A stretch of DNA of 63,321 nt, counting the filler, from Nemertoderma westbladi (lineage: Eukaryota > Animalia > Xenacoelomorpha), in the NCBI GenBank assembly GCA_032718475.1. It is 3 parts of 3 records of this genome, joined end to end, with 100 filler letters (N's around TTAATTAATTAA, not from the genome) between each part and the next. Parts side by side here need not be neighbours in the genome. Positions count along the whole stretch, not along the records: positions 30,013 to 58,407 come from JAUCBJ010003583.1; positions 58,508 to 63,321 come from JAUCBJ010001914.1; 1 more part is not named here. The stretch is one strand, 5' to 3'. Below are positions 50,801-62,466 of the stretch, piece by piece (the stretch's first letter is position 1; every line of letters starts with the position of its first letter). A program made the position numbers and the translations under genes. Below the pieces are notes generated by a model. It was not told where the DNA came from. It searched no databases and saw only the letters and a list, made by a program, of their open reading frames with translations.

Positions 50801-53800
50801 ACCCAACACTTACTGACTCTGTTTCTCGGACTGCTATCCTTTTCTTTAACTCTCACATTATATTGTTTCGGTTAGTAAACAACCCAACACTTACTGGCTC
50901 TGTTTCTCGGACTGCTATCCTTTTCTTTAACTCTCACATTATATTGTTTCGGTTAGTAAACAACCCAACCCTTACTGGCTCTGTTTCTCGGACTGCTATC
51001 CTTTTCTTTTAGACTCACATTATATTGTTTCGGTTAGTAAACAACCCAACACTTACTGGCTCTGTTTCTCGGACTGCTATCCTTTTCTTTAACTCTCACA
51101 TTATATTGTTTCGGTTAGTAAACAACCCAACACTTACTGACTCTGTTTCTCGGACTGCTATCCTTTTCTTTAACTCTCACATTATATTGTTTCGGTTAGT
51201 AAACAACCCAACACTTACTGGCTCTGTTTCTCGGACTGCTACCCTTTTCTTTAACTCTCACATTATATCGTTTCGGTTAGTAAACAACCCAACACTTACT
51301 GACTCTGTTTCTCGGACTGCTATCCTTTTCTTTAACTCTCACATTATATTGTTTCGGTTAGTAAACAACCCAACCCTTACTGGCTCTGTTTCTCGGACTG
51401 CTATCCTTTTCTTTTAGTCTCACATTATATTGTTTCGGTTAGTAAACAACCCAACACTTACTGGCTCTGTTTCTCGGACTGCTACCCTTTTCTTTAACTC
51501 TCACATTATATCGTTTCGGTTAGTAAACAACCCAACACTTACTGACTCTGTTTCTCGGACTGCTATCCTTTTCTTTAACTCTCACATTATATTGTTTCGG
51601 TTAGTAAACAACCCAACACTTACTGGCTCTGTTTCTCGGACTGCTATCCTTTTCTTATAGTCTCACATTATATTGTTTCGGTTAGTAAACAACCCAACAC
51701 TTACTGGCTCTGTTTCTCGGACTGCTATACTTTTCTTATAGTCTCACATTATAATATTGTTTCGGTTAGTAAACAACCCAACACTTACTGGCTCTGTTTC
51801 TCGGACTGCTATCCTTTTCTTTAACTCTCACATTATATTGTTTCGGTTAGTAAACAACCCAACACTTACTGGCTCTGTTTCTCGGACTGCTATCCTTTTC
51901 TTTAACTCTCACATTATATTGTTTCGGTTAGTAAACAACCCAACACTTACTGGCTCTGTTTCTCGGACTGCTATCCTTTTCTTTAACTCTCACATTATAT
52001 TGTTTCGGTTAGTAAACAACCCAACACTTACTGGCTCTGTTTCTCGGACTGCTATCCTTTTCTTTAACTCTCACATTATATTGTTTCGGTTAGTAAACAA
52101 CCCAACACTTACTGACTCTGTTTCTCGGACTGCTACCCTTTTCTTTAACTCTCACATTATATCGTTTCGGTTAGTAAACAACCCAACACTTACTGACTCT
52201 GTTTCTCGGACTGCTATCCTTTTCTTTTAGTCTCACATTATATTGTTTCGGTTAGTAAACAACCCAACACTTACTGGCTCTGTTTCTCGGACTGCTACCC
52301 TTTTCTTTAACTCTCACATTATATCGTTTCGGTTAGTAAACAACCCAACACTTACTGACTCTGTTTCTCGGACTGCTATCCTTTTCTTTAACTCTCACAT
52401 TATATTGTTTCGGTTAGTAAACAACCCAACCCTTACTGGCTCTGTTTCTCGGACTGCTATCCTTTTCTTTTAGTCTCACATTATATTGTTTCGGTTAGTA
52501 AACAACCCAACACTTACTGGCTCTGTTTCTCGGACTGCTATCCTTTTCTTTAACTCTCACATTATATTGTTTCGGTTAGTAAACAACCCAACACTTACTG
52601 GCTCTGTTTCTCGGACTGCTATCCTTTTCTTTAACTCTCACATTATATCGTTTCGGTTAGTAAACAACCCAACACTTACTGACTCTGTTTCTCGGACTGC
52701 TATCCTTTTCTTTAACTCTCACATTATATTGTTTCGGTTAGTAAACAACCCAACCCTTACTGGCTCTGTTTCTCGGACTGCTATCCTTTTCTTTTAGACT
52801 CACATTATATTGTTTCGGTTAGTAAACAACCCAACACTTACTGGCTCTGTTTCTCGGACTGCTACCCTTTTCTTTAACTCTCACATTATATTGTTTCGGT
52901 TAGTAAACAACCCAACCCTTACTGGCTCTGTTTCTCGGACTGCTATCCTTTTCTTTTAGACTCACATTATATTGTTTCGGTTAGTAAACAACCCAACCCT
53001 TACTGGCTCTGTTTCTCGGACTGCTATCCTTTTCTTTTAGACTCACATTATATTGTTTCGGTTAGTAAACAACCCAACCCTTACTGGCTCTGTTTCTCGG
53101 ACTGCTATCCTTTTCTTTAACTCTCACATTATATCGTTTCGGTTAGTAAACAACCCAACACTTACTGACTCTGTTTCTCGGACTGCTATCCTTTTCTTTA
53201 ACTCTCACATTATATTGTTTCGGTTAGTAAACAACCCAACCCTTACTGGCTCTGTTTCTCGGACTGCTATCCTTTTCTTTTAGACTCACATTATATTGTT
53301 TCGGTTAGTAAACAACCCAACCCTTACTGGCTCTGTTTCTCGGACTGCTATCCTTTTCTTTTAGACTCACATTATATTGTTTCGGTTAGTAAACAACCCA
53401 ACACTTACTGGCTCTGTTTCTCGGACTGCTATCCTTTTCTTTAACTCTCACATTATATCGTTTCGGTTAGTAAACAACCCAACCCTTACTGGCTCTGTTT
53501 CTCGGACTGCTATCCTTTTCTTTTAGACTCACATTATATTGTTTCGGTTAGTAAACAACCCAACACTTACTGACTCTGTTTCTCGGACTGCTATCCTTTT
53601 CTTTAACTCTCACATTATATTGTTTCGGTTAGTAAACAACCCAACACTTACTGGCTCTGTTTCTCGGACTGCTATCCTTTTCTTTAACTCTCACATTATA
53701 TTGTTTCGGTTAGTAAACAACCCAACCCTTACTGGCTCTGTTTCTCGGACTGCTATCCTTTTCTTTTAGACTCACATTATATTGTTTCGGTTAGTAAACA

Positions 53801-54365
53801 ACCAAACCCTTACTGGCTCTGTTTCTCGGACTGCTATCCTTTTCTTTTAGACTCACATTATATTGTTTCGGTTAGTAAACAACCCAACACTTACTGGCTC
53901 TGTTTCTCGGACTGCTATCCTTTTCTTTTAGACTCACATTATATTGTTTCGGTTAGTAAACAACCCAACACTTACTGGCTCTGTTTCTCGGACTGCTATC
54001 CTTTTCTTTAACTCTCACATTATATTGTTTCGGTTAGTAAACAACCCAACACTTACTAGCTCTGTTTCTCGGACTGCTACCCTTTTCTTTAACTCTCACA
54101 TTATATTGTTTCGGTTAGTAAACAACCCAACACTTACTGGCTCTGTTTCTCGGACTGCTATCCTTTTCTTTAACTCTCACATTATATTGTTTCGGTTAGT
54201 AAACAACCCAACCCTTACTGGCTCTGTTTCTCGGACTGCTATCCTTTTCTTTAACTCTCACATTATATTGTTTCGGTTAGTAAACAACCCAACACTTACT
54301 GGCTCTGTTTCTCGGACTGCTATCCTTTTCTTTAAGGCTCACATTATATTGTTTCGGTTTGTAAA
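35870..54365 (-). repeat. 81-bp tandem array (~228 units) derived from the BIG3 exon B / intron junction
   Basis: Minus-strand unit cgaaacaatataatgtgagagttaaagaaaaggatagcagtccgagaaacagagcca|GTAAGTgttgggttgttTACTAAC. 18485 bp / 81 = ~228. The first copy in transcript order is the coding end of exon B. Confidence 0.97.
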
Positions 54366-54425
54366 GGTCTCCGGCATTGTGCATTAGTTTCCCGTCGTCA
54401 TTAAGATTTGGAATGCCTTCAATAT
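54300..54425 (-). CDS. ARFGEF3: ARFGEF3/BIG3 internal exon B (absent from the ORF track)
   Basis: tttattttggtag acceptor and gtaagt donor; 126 nt, phase 1-1. Encodes DIEGIPNLNDDGKLMHNAGDLYKPKQYNVSLKEKDSSPRNRA and joins exons A and C in frame (LLT|DIEG matches BIG3 MLTDIDG). Confidence 0.82.
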
Positions 54426-54750
54426 CTACCAAAATAAAGTAATTATTATTAATTTCATGTCCGTTGAGACACAGACAATAACGAAAGATTAAGATTAACC
54501 TACTAACTACATATTAGTTTGTGGTTCCAGTAACAATAAATCTTTTTATTGTCACAATAGAAATTGATGAACATTACTTGCTTCATGTCACTTTTACAAA
54601 ACAATCCATAGATTCACCATGACATCATTCGCCATGCATAATCACACAATTTTTAGGTCCGCGTAGCGAGACCTATATGGTAAACACTCAGTTGGTGTTG
54701 TTGGTGTTGTTGTAGGAACTGTCTGAGAATAAGGATAATAAATAACGCAC

Positions 54751-54913
54751 CTGTTAGTAATTGAATGAGAGTGCAGTTGCTATAACGACCGTGGGAGTAT
54801 CCACCCTGAGACAGTAAATCGGTAGACATAACAAAATCATAGACTTGGCTCAACCACGTGGTAGACAGGTATATAAGAACACCACTAGAGTGAACCTCCT
54901 CCACAAATTCTTG
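54751..54913 (-). CDS. ARFGEF3: ARFGEF3/BIG3 internal exon A
   Basis: tttctacag acceptor and gtgcgt donor; 163 nt. QEFVEEVHSSGVLIYLSTTWLSQVY..LLSQGGY..LIQLLT resembles BIG3 (VQTSGVLMVFSQAWIEELY..LITMLT). Confidence 0.85.
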
Positions 54914-55376
54914 CTGTAGAAATACAAAAATAACAGATAAACAAATAAATAAAAACTTTGACGTTAAAATATTCCCTTTTTTGTCCGCAAAAGTGGACAA
55001 AATAATTATTTATTACTTGGGGAAAAAAATTATTTTTTATCACTATTTTCGAAGTATAAAATATACGGAGCTTCAGCGAGTTTACTATTGATAAAATATT
55101 CACGATTTTTACCCATGTAGGTAGTAATGGTATACCCTACTATACCATTACTACTCATGTAGGCCGAATTGAACATAATCTTAAATTGTTATTTTTTGTC
55201 GCTTAAGGGGGGGGGGGGGGGGGGGGTATCGTTCAATTTTGGCTAAAAATTATTTGGGGCCATTTTCGAGCGAAAGCCCTCAAAACGGCCTTTTTGGGTC
55301 TTTTTGTGTATAATGGTCCCAGCTCAATTTCAGCCAAAATTTCTCGATAGCATTGGATGCAACCATGAATTGAACG

Positions 55377-58300
55377 ACTTATAATACCCATGCACTCCCC
55401 CCAACCTGTGTCGCAGTGTCCCGTTCTAGGACTTATAATACCCATGCACTCCCCCCAACCTGTAGTCCCGTTCTAGGACTTATAATACCCATGCACTCCC
55501 CCCAACCTGTGTCCCGATCTAGGACTTATAATACCCATGCACTCCCCCCAACCTGTGTCCCGTTCTAGGACTTATAATACCCATGCACCCCCCCCCAACC
55601 AGTGTCCCGTTCTAGGACTTATAATACCCATGCACTCCCCCCAACCTGTGTCCCGTTCTAGGACTTATAATACCCATGCACTCCCCCCAACCTGTGTCCC
55701 GTTCTAGGACTTATAATACCCATGCACTCCCCCCAACCTGTGTCCCGTTCTAGGACTTATAATACCCATGCACTCCCCCCAACCTGTGCCCCAGTGTCCC
55801 GTTCTAGGACTTATAATACCCATGCACTCCCCCCAACCTGTGTCCCGTTCTCGGACTTATAATACCCATGCACTCCCCCCAACCTGTGTCCCAGTGTCCC
55901 GTTCTAGGACTTATAATACCCATGCACTCCCCCCAACCTCCCAGTGTCCCGTTCTAGGACTTACAATACCCATGCACTCCCCCCAACCTGTGTCCCGTTC
56001 TCGGACTTATAATACCCATGCACTCCCCCCAACCTGTGTCCCGTTCTAGGACTTATAATACCCATGCACTCCCCCCAACCTGTGTCCCGTTCTAGGACTT
56101 ATAATACCCATGCACTCCCCCCAACCTGTGTCCCGTTCTAGGACTTATAATACCCATGCACTCCCCCCAACCTGTGTCCAGTGTCCCGTTCTAGGACTTA
56201 TAATACCCATGCACCCCCCCCAACCTGTGTCCCGTTCTAGGACTTATAATACCCATGCACTCCCCCCAACCTGTGTCCCGTTCTAGGACTTATAATACCC
56301 ATGCACTCCCCCCAACCTGTGTCCCAGTGTCCCGTTCTAGGACTTATAATACCCATGCACTCCCCCCCAACCAGTGTCCCGTTTTCGGACTTATAATACC
56401 CATGCACTCCCCCCAACCTGTGTCCCGTTCTAGGACTTATAATACCCATGCACTCCCCCAACCTGTGTCCCGTTCTAGGACTTATAATACCCATGCACTC
56501 CCCCCAACCTGTGCCCCAGTGTCCCGTTCTAGGACTTATAATACCCATGCACTCTCCCAACCTGTGTCCCAGTGTCCCGTTCTAGGTCTTATAATACCCA
56601 TGCACTCCCCCCAACCTGTGTCCCGTTTTCGGACTTACAATACCCATGCACTCCCCCCAACCTGTGTCCCAGTGTCCCGTTCTAGGACTTATAATACCCA
56701 TGCACTCCCCCCAACCAGTGTCCCGTTTTCGGACTTACAATACCCATGCACTCCCCCCAACCTGTGTCCCGTTTTCGGACTTATAATACCCATGCACTCC
56801 CCCCAACCTGTGTCCCGTTTTCGGACTTATAATACCCATGCACTCCCCCCAACCTGTGTCCCGTTCTAGGACTTATAATACCCATGCACTCCCCCCAACC
56901 TGTGCCCCAGTGTCCCGTTCTAGGACTTATAATACCCATGCACTCTCCCAACCTGTGTCCCAGTGTCCCGTTCTAGGTCTTATAATACCCATGCACTCCC
57001 CCCAACCAGTGTCCCGTTTTCGGACTTACAATACCCATGCACTCCCCCCAACCTGTGTCCCAGTGTCCCGTTCTAGGACTTACAATACCCATGCACTCCC
57101 CCCAACCTGTGTCCCGTTTTCGGACTTATAATACCCATGCACTCCCCCCAACCTGTGTCCCGTTCTAGGACTTATAATACCCATGCACTCCCCCCAACCT
57201 GTGTCCCGTTCTAGGACTTATAATACCCATGCACTCCCCCCAACCTGTGTCCCGTTCTAGGACTTATAATACCCATGCACTCCCCCCAACCTGTGTCCCA
57301 GTGTCCCGTTCTAGGACTTATAATACCCATGCACTCCCCCCAACCAGTGTCCCGTTCTCACTCCCCCCAACCTGTGTCCCGTTCTAGGACTTATAATACC
57401 CATGCACTCCCCCCAACCTGTGTCCCGTTCTAGGACTTATAATACCCATGCACTCCCCCCAACCTGTGTCCCAGTGTCCCGTTCTAGGACTTATAATACC
57501 CATGCACTCCCCCCACCTGTCCCCAACCATGTGTCCCGTTTTCGGACTTACAATACCCATGCACTCCCCCCAACCTGTGTCCCAGTGTCCCGTTCTAGGA
57601 CTTATAATACCCATGCACTCCCCCCAACCTGTGTCCCGTTTTCGGACTTATAATACCCATGCACTCCCCCCAACCTGTGTCCCGTTCTAGGACTTATAAT
57701 ACCCATGCACTCCCCCCAACCTGTGTCCCGTTCTAGGACTTATAATACCCATGCACCCCCCCCCTCCCCCACCAACCTGTGTCCCGTTCTAGGACTTATA
57801 ATACCCATGCACTCCCCCCAACCTGTGTCCCGTTCTAGGACTTATAATACCCATGCACTCCCCCCAACCTGTGTCCAGTGCCCGTTCTAGGACTTATAAT
57901 ACCCATGCACTCCCCCCCAACCTGTGTCCCGTTCTAGGACTTATAATACCCATGCACTCCCCCCAACCTGTGTCCCGTTCTAGGACTTATAATACCCATG
58001 CACTCCCCCCAACCTGTGTCCCAGTGTCCCGTTCTAGGACTTATAATACCCATGCACTCCCCCCAACCAGTGTCCCGTTCCATTCTCACTCCCCCCAACC
58101 TGTGTCCCGTTCTAGGACTTATAATACCCATGCACTCCCCCCAACCTGTGTCCCGTTCTAGGACTTATAATACCCATGCACTCCCCCCAACCTGTGCTCC
58201 CGTTCTAGGACTTATAATACCCATGCACTCCCCCCAACCTGTGTCCCAGTGTCCCGTTCTAGGACTTATAATACCCATGCACTCCCCCCAACCAGTGTCC

Positions 58301-58407
58301 CGTTTTCGGACTTACAATACCCATGCACTCCCCCCAACCTGTGTCCCAGTGTCCCGTTCTAGGACTTATAATACCCATGCACTCCCCCCAACCAGTGTCC
58401 CGTTTTC
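55377..58407 (+). repeat. 46/54-bp C-rich minisatellite (~3 kb, open at the gap)
   Basis: Unit ttctaggacttataatacccatgcactccccccaacctgtgtcccg, with an optional 8-bp ccagtgtc insert. Confidence 0.97.
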
Positions 58408-58507
58408 NNNNNNNNNNNNNNNNNNNNNNNNNNNNNNNNNNNNNNNNNNNNTTAATTAATTAANNNNNNNNNNNNNNNNNNNNNNNNNNNNNNNNNNNNN
58501 NNNNNNN
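58408..58507. other. Artificial contig spacer
   Basis: N44 + TTAATTAATTAA + N44. Confidence 0.97.
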
Positions 58508-59003
58508 ATATATTAAAATTACTATTCCTGTATTCGGCTGCCCGGACTATCCTCCAAAACTTCAGGGGTGGGTTGCTGGACGCCCTACTTAACCCCTCCC
58601 TATTAGTTAAAAGCGCTTTTCAAAAACTTTAAATAACGCTATTAGCTTAATAAGGTTGCTTGACACCCTTTTAACCTAAAAGCACTTTTAGTCTGCTAAA
58701 AGCGCTTTTACAGTAGTAAGACAACTATTTTCTATGGAGCCACTAATAGGGGTTAAAAGTTACTTTGAAGCACCTTTTAGTTGCTATTAAAGGCTATAAC
58801 AATAATGCATTATATATTTTTGTACCATAACATCATTAATATCGTGTCATTTTTTGTGGCCACAGCAAAAGAACACATAGAAATATATTATTTCGTATTA
58901 ATTTTGTTTTTATTTCTGTATCTTAGACATTATAAGTTTATATTTTATTATGTCAGTGCATTTGATGTTGATGCTTGACAACATAACGCAAATGCAGTTA
59001 AAT

Positions 59004-59126
59004 CGTGAGCGCGTATTATGAAGTAAAGACAACCCATTTGAGGTTTTCAGTGACAAAGAACTTATCCAAAGGTTTCGGTTTGATAAATCAAAATCAGCTA
59101 TTATACACATTTCAGATATAGTCCAG
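59004..59126 (+). pseudogene. Harbinger transposase N-terminal fragment
   Basis: RERVL*SKDNPFEVFSDKELIQRFRFDK..AIIHISDIV resembles HARBI1-like N-termini. Ends at the next element's TIR. Confidence 0.5.
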
Positions 59127-62116
59127 TAGACGCTCAATAGAGCTCAAGGGAGGACCGTGAACTTGGGTCATCACGCAATTTTATTTTCTCAATGTCTTCC
59201 CTGATAATAATAATGTAAATATTCACCGGGTGCCAGTTGGGATACCTTGGGGAATTTTTTTTACAGCATAAAATACAACTACAAATTAGTCAACCTATTC
59301 CAAAAATTACATTAAATTAAAAACGTTTGTTACTGGAGTAATTAAATTAAGTGTTCTAGAACAGAGATAAACAACTACGTATATCTGTATATGTTTAGAT
59401 CTGAATATACTGTAATTGCAGTATACTTAGCTATGATATGAAAGCTTTGATTACCCATATTTTGCAAATCGTTTAACGGTATGTAGGCCTACGCCTATGC
59501 TCGTTTATTTTATTTATTGTTCACCCCCGTTTCGTTAACCGCTTCGTTTATATATTGCAATTGTAATTTAACTTGGTTTACACACACACTTTATTGGTGA
59601 TTAGTCTTATTTATTGAAATTGATATAGCTAGTATTTTTATGGCAGCATACAGCGGCACATTTATTCATAAAATCAAAAAATACTATTACGTAACTTGTT
59701 TTGTATTTTACATAAGCTAGTGTTTTTATGGTTGGTAGCAGTTTTAGTTGTGTTGAATATGAATTTAGCTAAATTGAAATTTCTAAAATATTCCAGAATA
59801 ATATGCAAAAAGTGTAAATAAAATATTTTGGTTTTTTGATAAATAAGAATAGAATAAAAAATATTATAGAATGTTGATTATGTTCTAGAAAATAATATAT
59901 AAAAATCAAAGAAGCTTTAGCTCGTGGAAAACAATTGGATGGGGGTTTCGACATGACAAACTAGTACCCTATTTACGTTTCAAAAGACGAAATATTTATC
60001 ATAATAGGACGATCGAAGGTGAAACATCACAACATCATGTACTGTTATTTAATCGGCGCTAAATGATGGATGATTCTTGTCTGTTTTGCCGAAAAACATC
60101 TGGAACACTAATCACTGCAGGACCTATTCGCCAGAAATTATTCGCAAGAACTTGTCAGAAATTACAAGAGACCGAGCAATACAGTCCACTAGCAAAAATC
60201 TACTAAGTCTAATTTCCAAATTAGTTTCTAATGGAGAAGAAACCAAACAATCTATACTGTGCAGTCTATACAGGCACTAATGCAAAGTACAAACCTGTAT
60301 CCTTGGCGCAGTCTATACAGGCACTAATAACTGGAGTGTATAACCAGACAACACTTGGGATGGCTATAAAGCTTCATTATCTATTTGGAAGCCGGGAACT
60401 TATAGATTTCTTGCATTCACTAGGATATATTCCAGCTATGATGAAGTGCTACGTTGTAGAAAGTCTGCTGCAAAATTTACTGGAGAACGTGGTTTTTCAT
60501 CTGGCGATATTTTGGATGATTTTAACAAAAACCATCAACCAATTAGCGCGTTGATTGATAACTTTGACCTAAATAAAATATTTACCCCAAATGGTCTTCG
60601 TGACTCCCACTCAACAGCTATGGAGTTACTGCAGACGTCCACAGGGAGCTCTGGAGGAGTTCCGAATAATTGAATCACACACAATCAATTGGCACATTGA
60701 ATCTACTGTACCTATTTTCTGTAATCGTTGGATAGATAAACGTCAAAATTTGCATTTGAAAGGAGAAAACTAACTCATCTAATTAAATGAAAAACTAAAT
60801 GTGATTAATAACCCCCCAATGATGATAATTGTTTGCTTTTATAAATAGTTACATAAATAATCTAAAGTTTAATAGTTGGCATATCTTAATAAACATCCAA
60901 AAGGCCAAAATTTATGATTAATACTACTACTGTACTAGGATCGGCATGCTGCATTGCAGCTGCATTTTTAAGAATGCTGTGCCGGCTTATTGACAAAATT
61001 GCACCGCCACAACTCCCTATCACCCATGACATTTGCTAGATCATCCGCATCTTCAAGGCCAGTGTCCTTTAAGATGCGTCTCAAGAAAGTCATGGGCTGT
61101 CCACCATGCTTATTCACTCCATGAGGCTGCCAAAGTACAAGATTATGCACTGGCTGGTCCTCACGGCGAAAGCAATGTCCCGCAAAGCGGAGGCGATTTT
61201 GTTCTAGTGTCAAGCTCGGGGAACCAATGAGACACCTCCAATGTTGTATAGTGTCTGGTTGGAGATGTGTGCATTGTACTTGACACAATGAACCCAGCGT
61301 AGCATTCTTGTGAATGTGCCTTCCAGAGATTTGGTGTCCCAGCATGGACTCCCATAGAGGAGTACTGTAACTACTGCTGCTCTAAATAATCGGACCTTAA
61401 GTTTCCGATTAATTCTCGGTGACTTCCAAATCCTGGAAAGCCTATTCAAGGCTGCCCATGCCTTTCCCTTACGTATTCGAAGGTCCTCACCTGACTTCCG
61501 TATCCATGATCCCAGGTAACAGAAGTCATCCACATGCTCAAGCATACCATCTTTTGAGCTTATGCTCATCCGATCAGAGACTTGCTGAGGACTTTCAAAG
61601 TTAACTGTCAAAATTTTGGTCTTTCTGGAGTTAATAAAAAGACCAACACTAGAAGCAGCATGTTCTAATGAGCTGAGGAGCGGTTGGGCTCCCTCTAGTG
61701 ATTCTGAGAGTACTCCTAAGTCATCAGTAAAGTCTAGATCAGTTAGGTACTTGGCAGGATTTCCTCGACTTCTGGAGCCAGTAGGTGGAGTTATCATCAC
61801 CCCATCATCATTATGATGATCTAAGGACATGCGTAGAACATGATATGATTAATAATGTTGCTATGGGAACTAATCTTCTAGAAATCTCATTCAGAATAAT
61901 TAACAAGAGCTGTGGCAATAGGTGCAAGGTCGCAGATTACCTCAAAATAAACATTGTATGCCGGTTGCTATGGAAACTTAGGTTAAGTGCTTTATAAAAA
62001 GTTCCCCAAAGGTGCCGAAGTGGCACCCGACGGATTTTGATTACTCTAAGGTCCGACTAAAGTTTAAGCAAATAAAAATGCGTGATGACCCAAAGTTTGG
62101 ACCCCTCTATCTACTG
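59124..62116 (+). mobile_element. Internally deleted Academ-like DNA transposon
   Basis: Imperfect TIRs (cagtaga..ttgggtcatcacgca..cgggtgcca..ttggggaa, inverse at ~61998-62116). Relic ORF ~60230-60670: LHYLFGSRELIDFLHSLG..SYDEVLR..KSAA..DNFD..TPNG..SH. Superfamily assignment is from memory. Confidence 0.55.
60924..61843 (-). mobile_element. 5'-truncated RTE-clade LINE with 11-bp TSD
   Basis: DLDFTDDL, FCYLGSW, RLRFAGHC; TAG-repeat tail. TATGATTAATA at 60913-60923 and 61844-61854. Confidence 0.92.
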
Positions 62117-62135
62117 TATGGAGGTCACGACTAAC

Positions 62136-62431
62136 TGTGGAGCCGGAATAATGTCGGGCGTATAATATACAGGTAGTGCAGTGACCACACAAGTACAAAC
62201 AACAACAATGCTGTGCTGGGCCGTCTGTCTGGCAGTGCGCCCTATGACTGGAGACCTAACTGTACTGATTACTGGACTAGCTAACTGCTGTCTATCGGTC
62301 GGTGGTATCCTGAGTCTGTGTCAGGCCATAGTCTCTGAATCCTCGTGAGTCATCCCTACAGTACCGCAGTCCCTGAGTATCTGCTGGCATATGGGGCGAG
62401 CCATGTAGTGTGGCGAGTTTGTATCACTACA
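62136..62431 (-). mobile_element. 3' LTR of a Ty3/gypsy element
   Basis: Minus-strand PPT AGAAGGGGGG then TGTAG...CCACA, just after the integrase stop. Confidence 0.75.
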
Positions 62432-62466
62432 CCCCCCTTCTAGTTCGTTGCGGGGTCAACGAACTC

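Noticed and set aside
35870-54365. CRISPR array
   Set aside because: No unique spacers, no cas genes, and a eukaryotic context.
36269-54387. Long plus-strand ORFs (up to 1210 aa of FRLVNNPTLTGSVSRTAILFFNSHIIL)
   Set aside because: A by-product of an 81-bp unit lacking stops in one frame. There is no ATG start, variant TAGs break it frequently, and it is antisense to BIG3.
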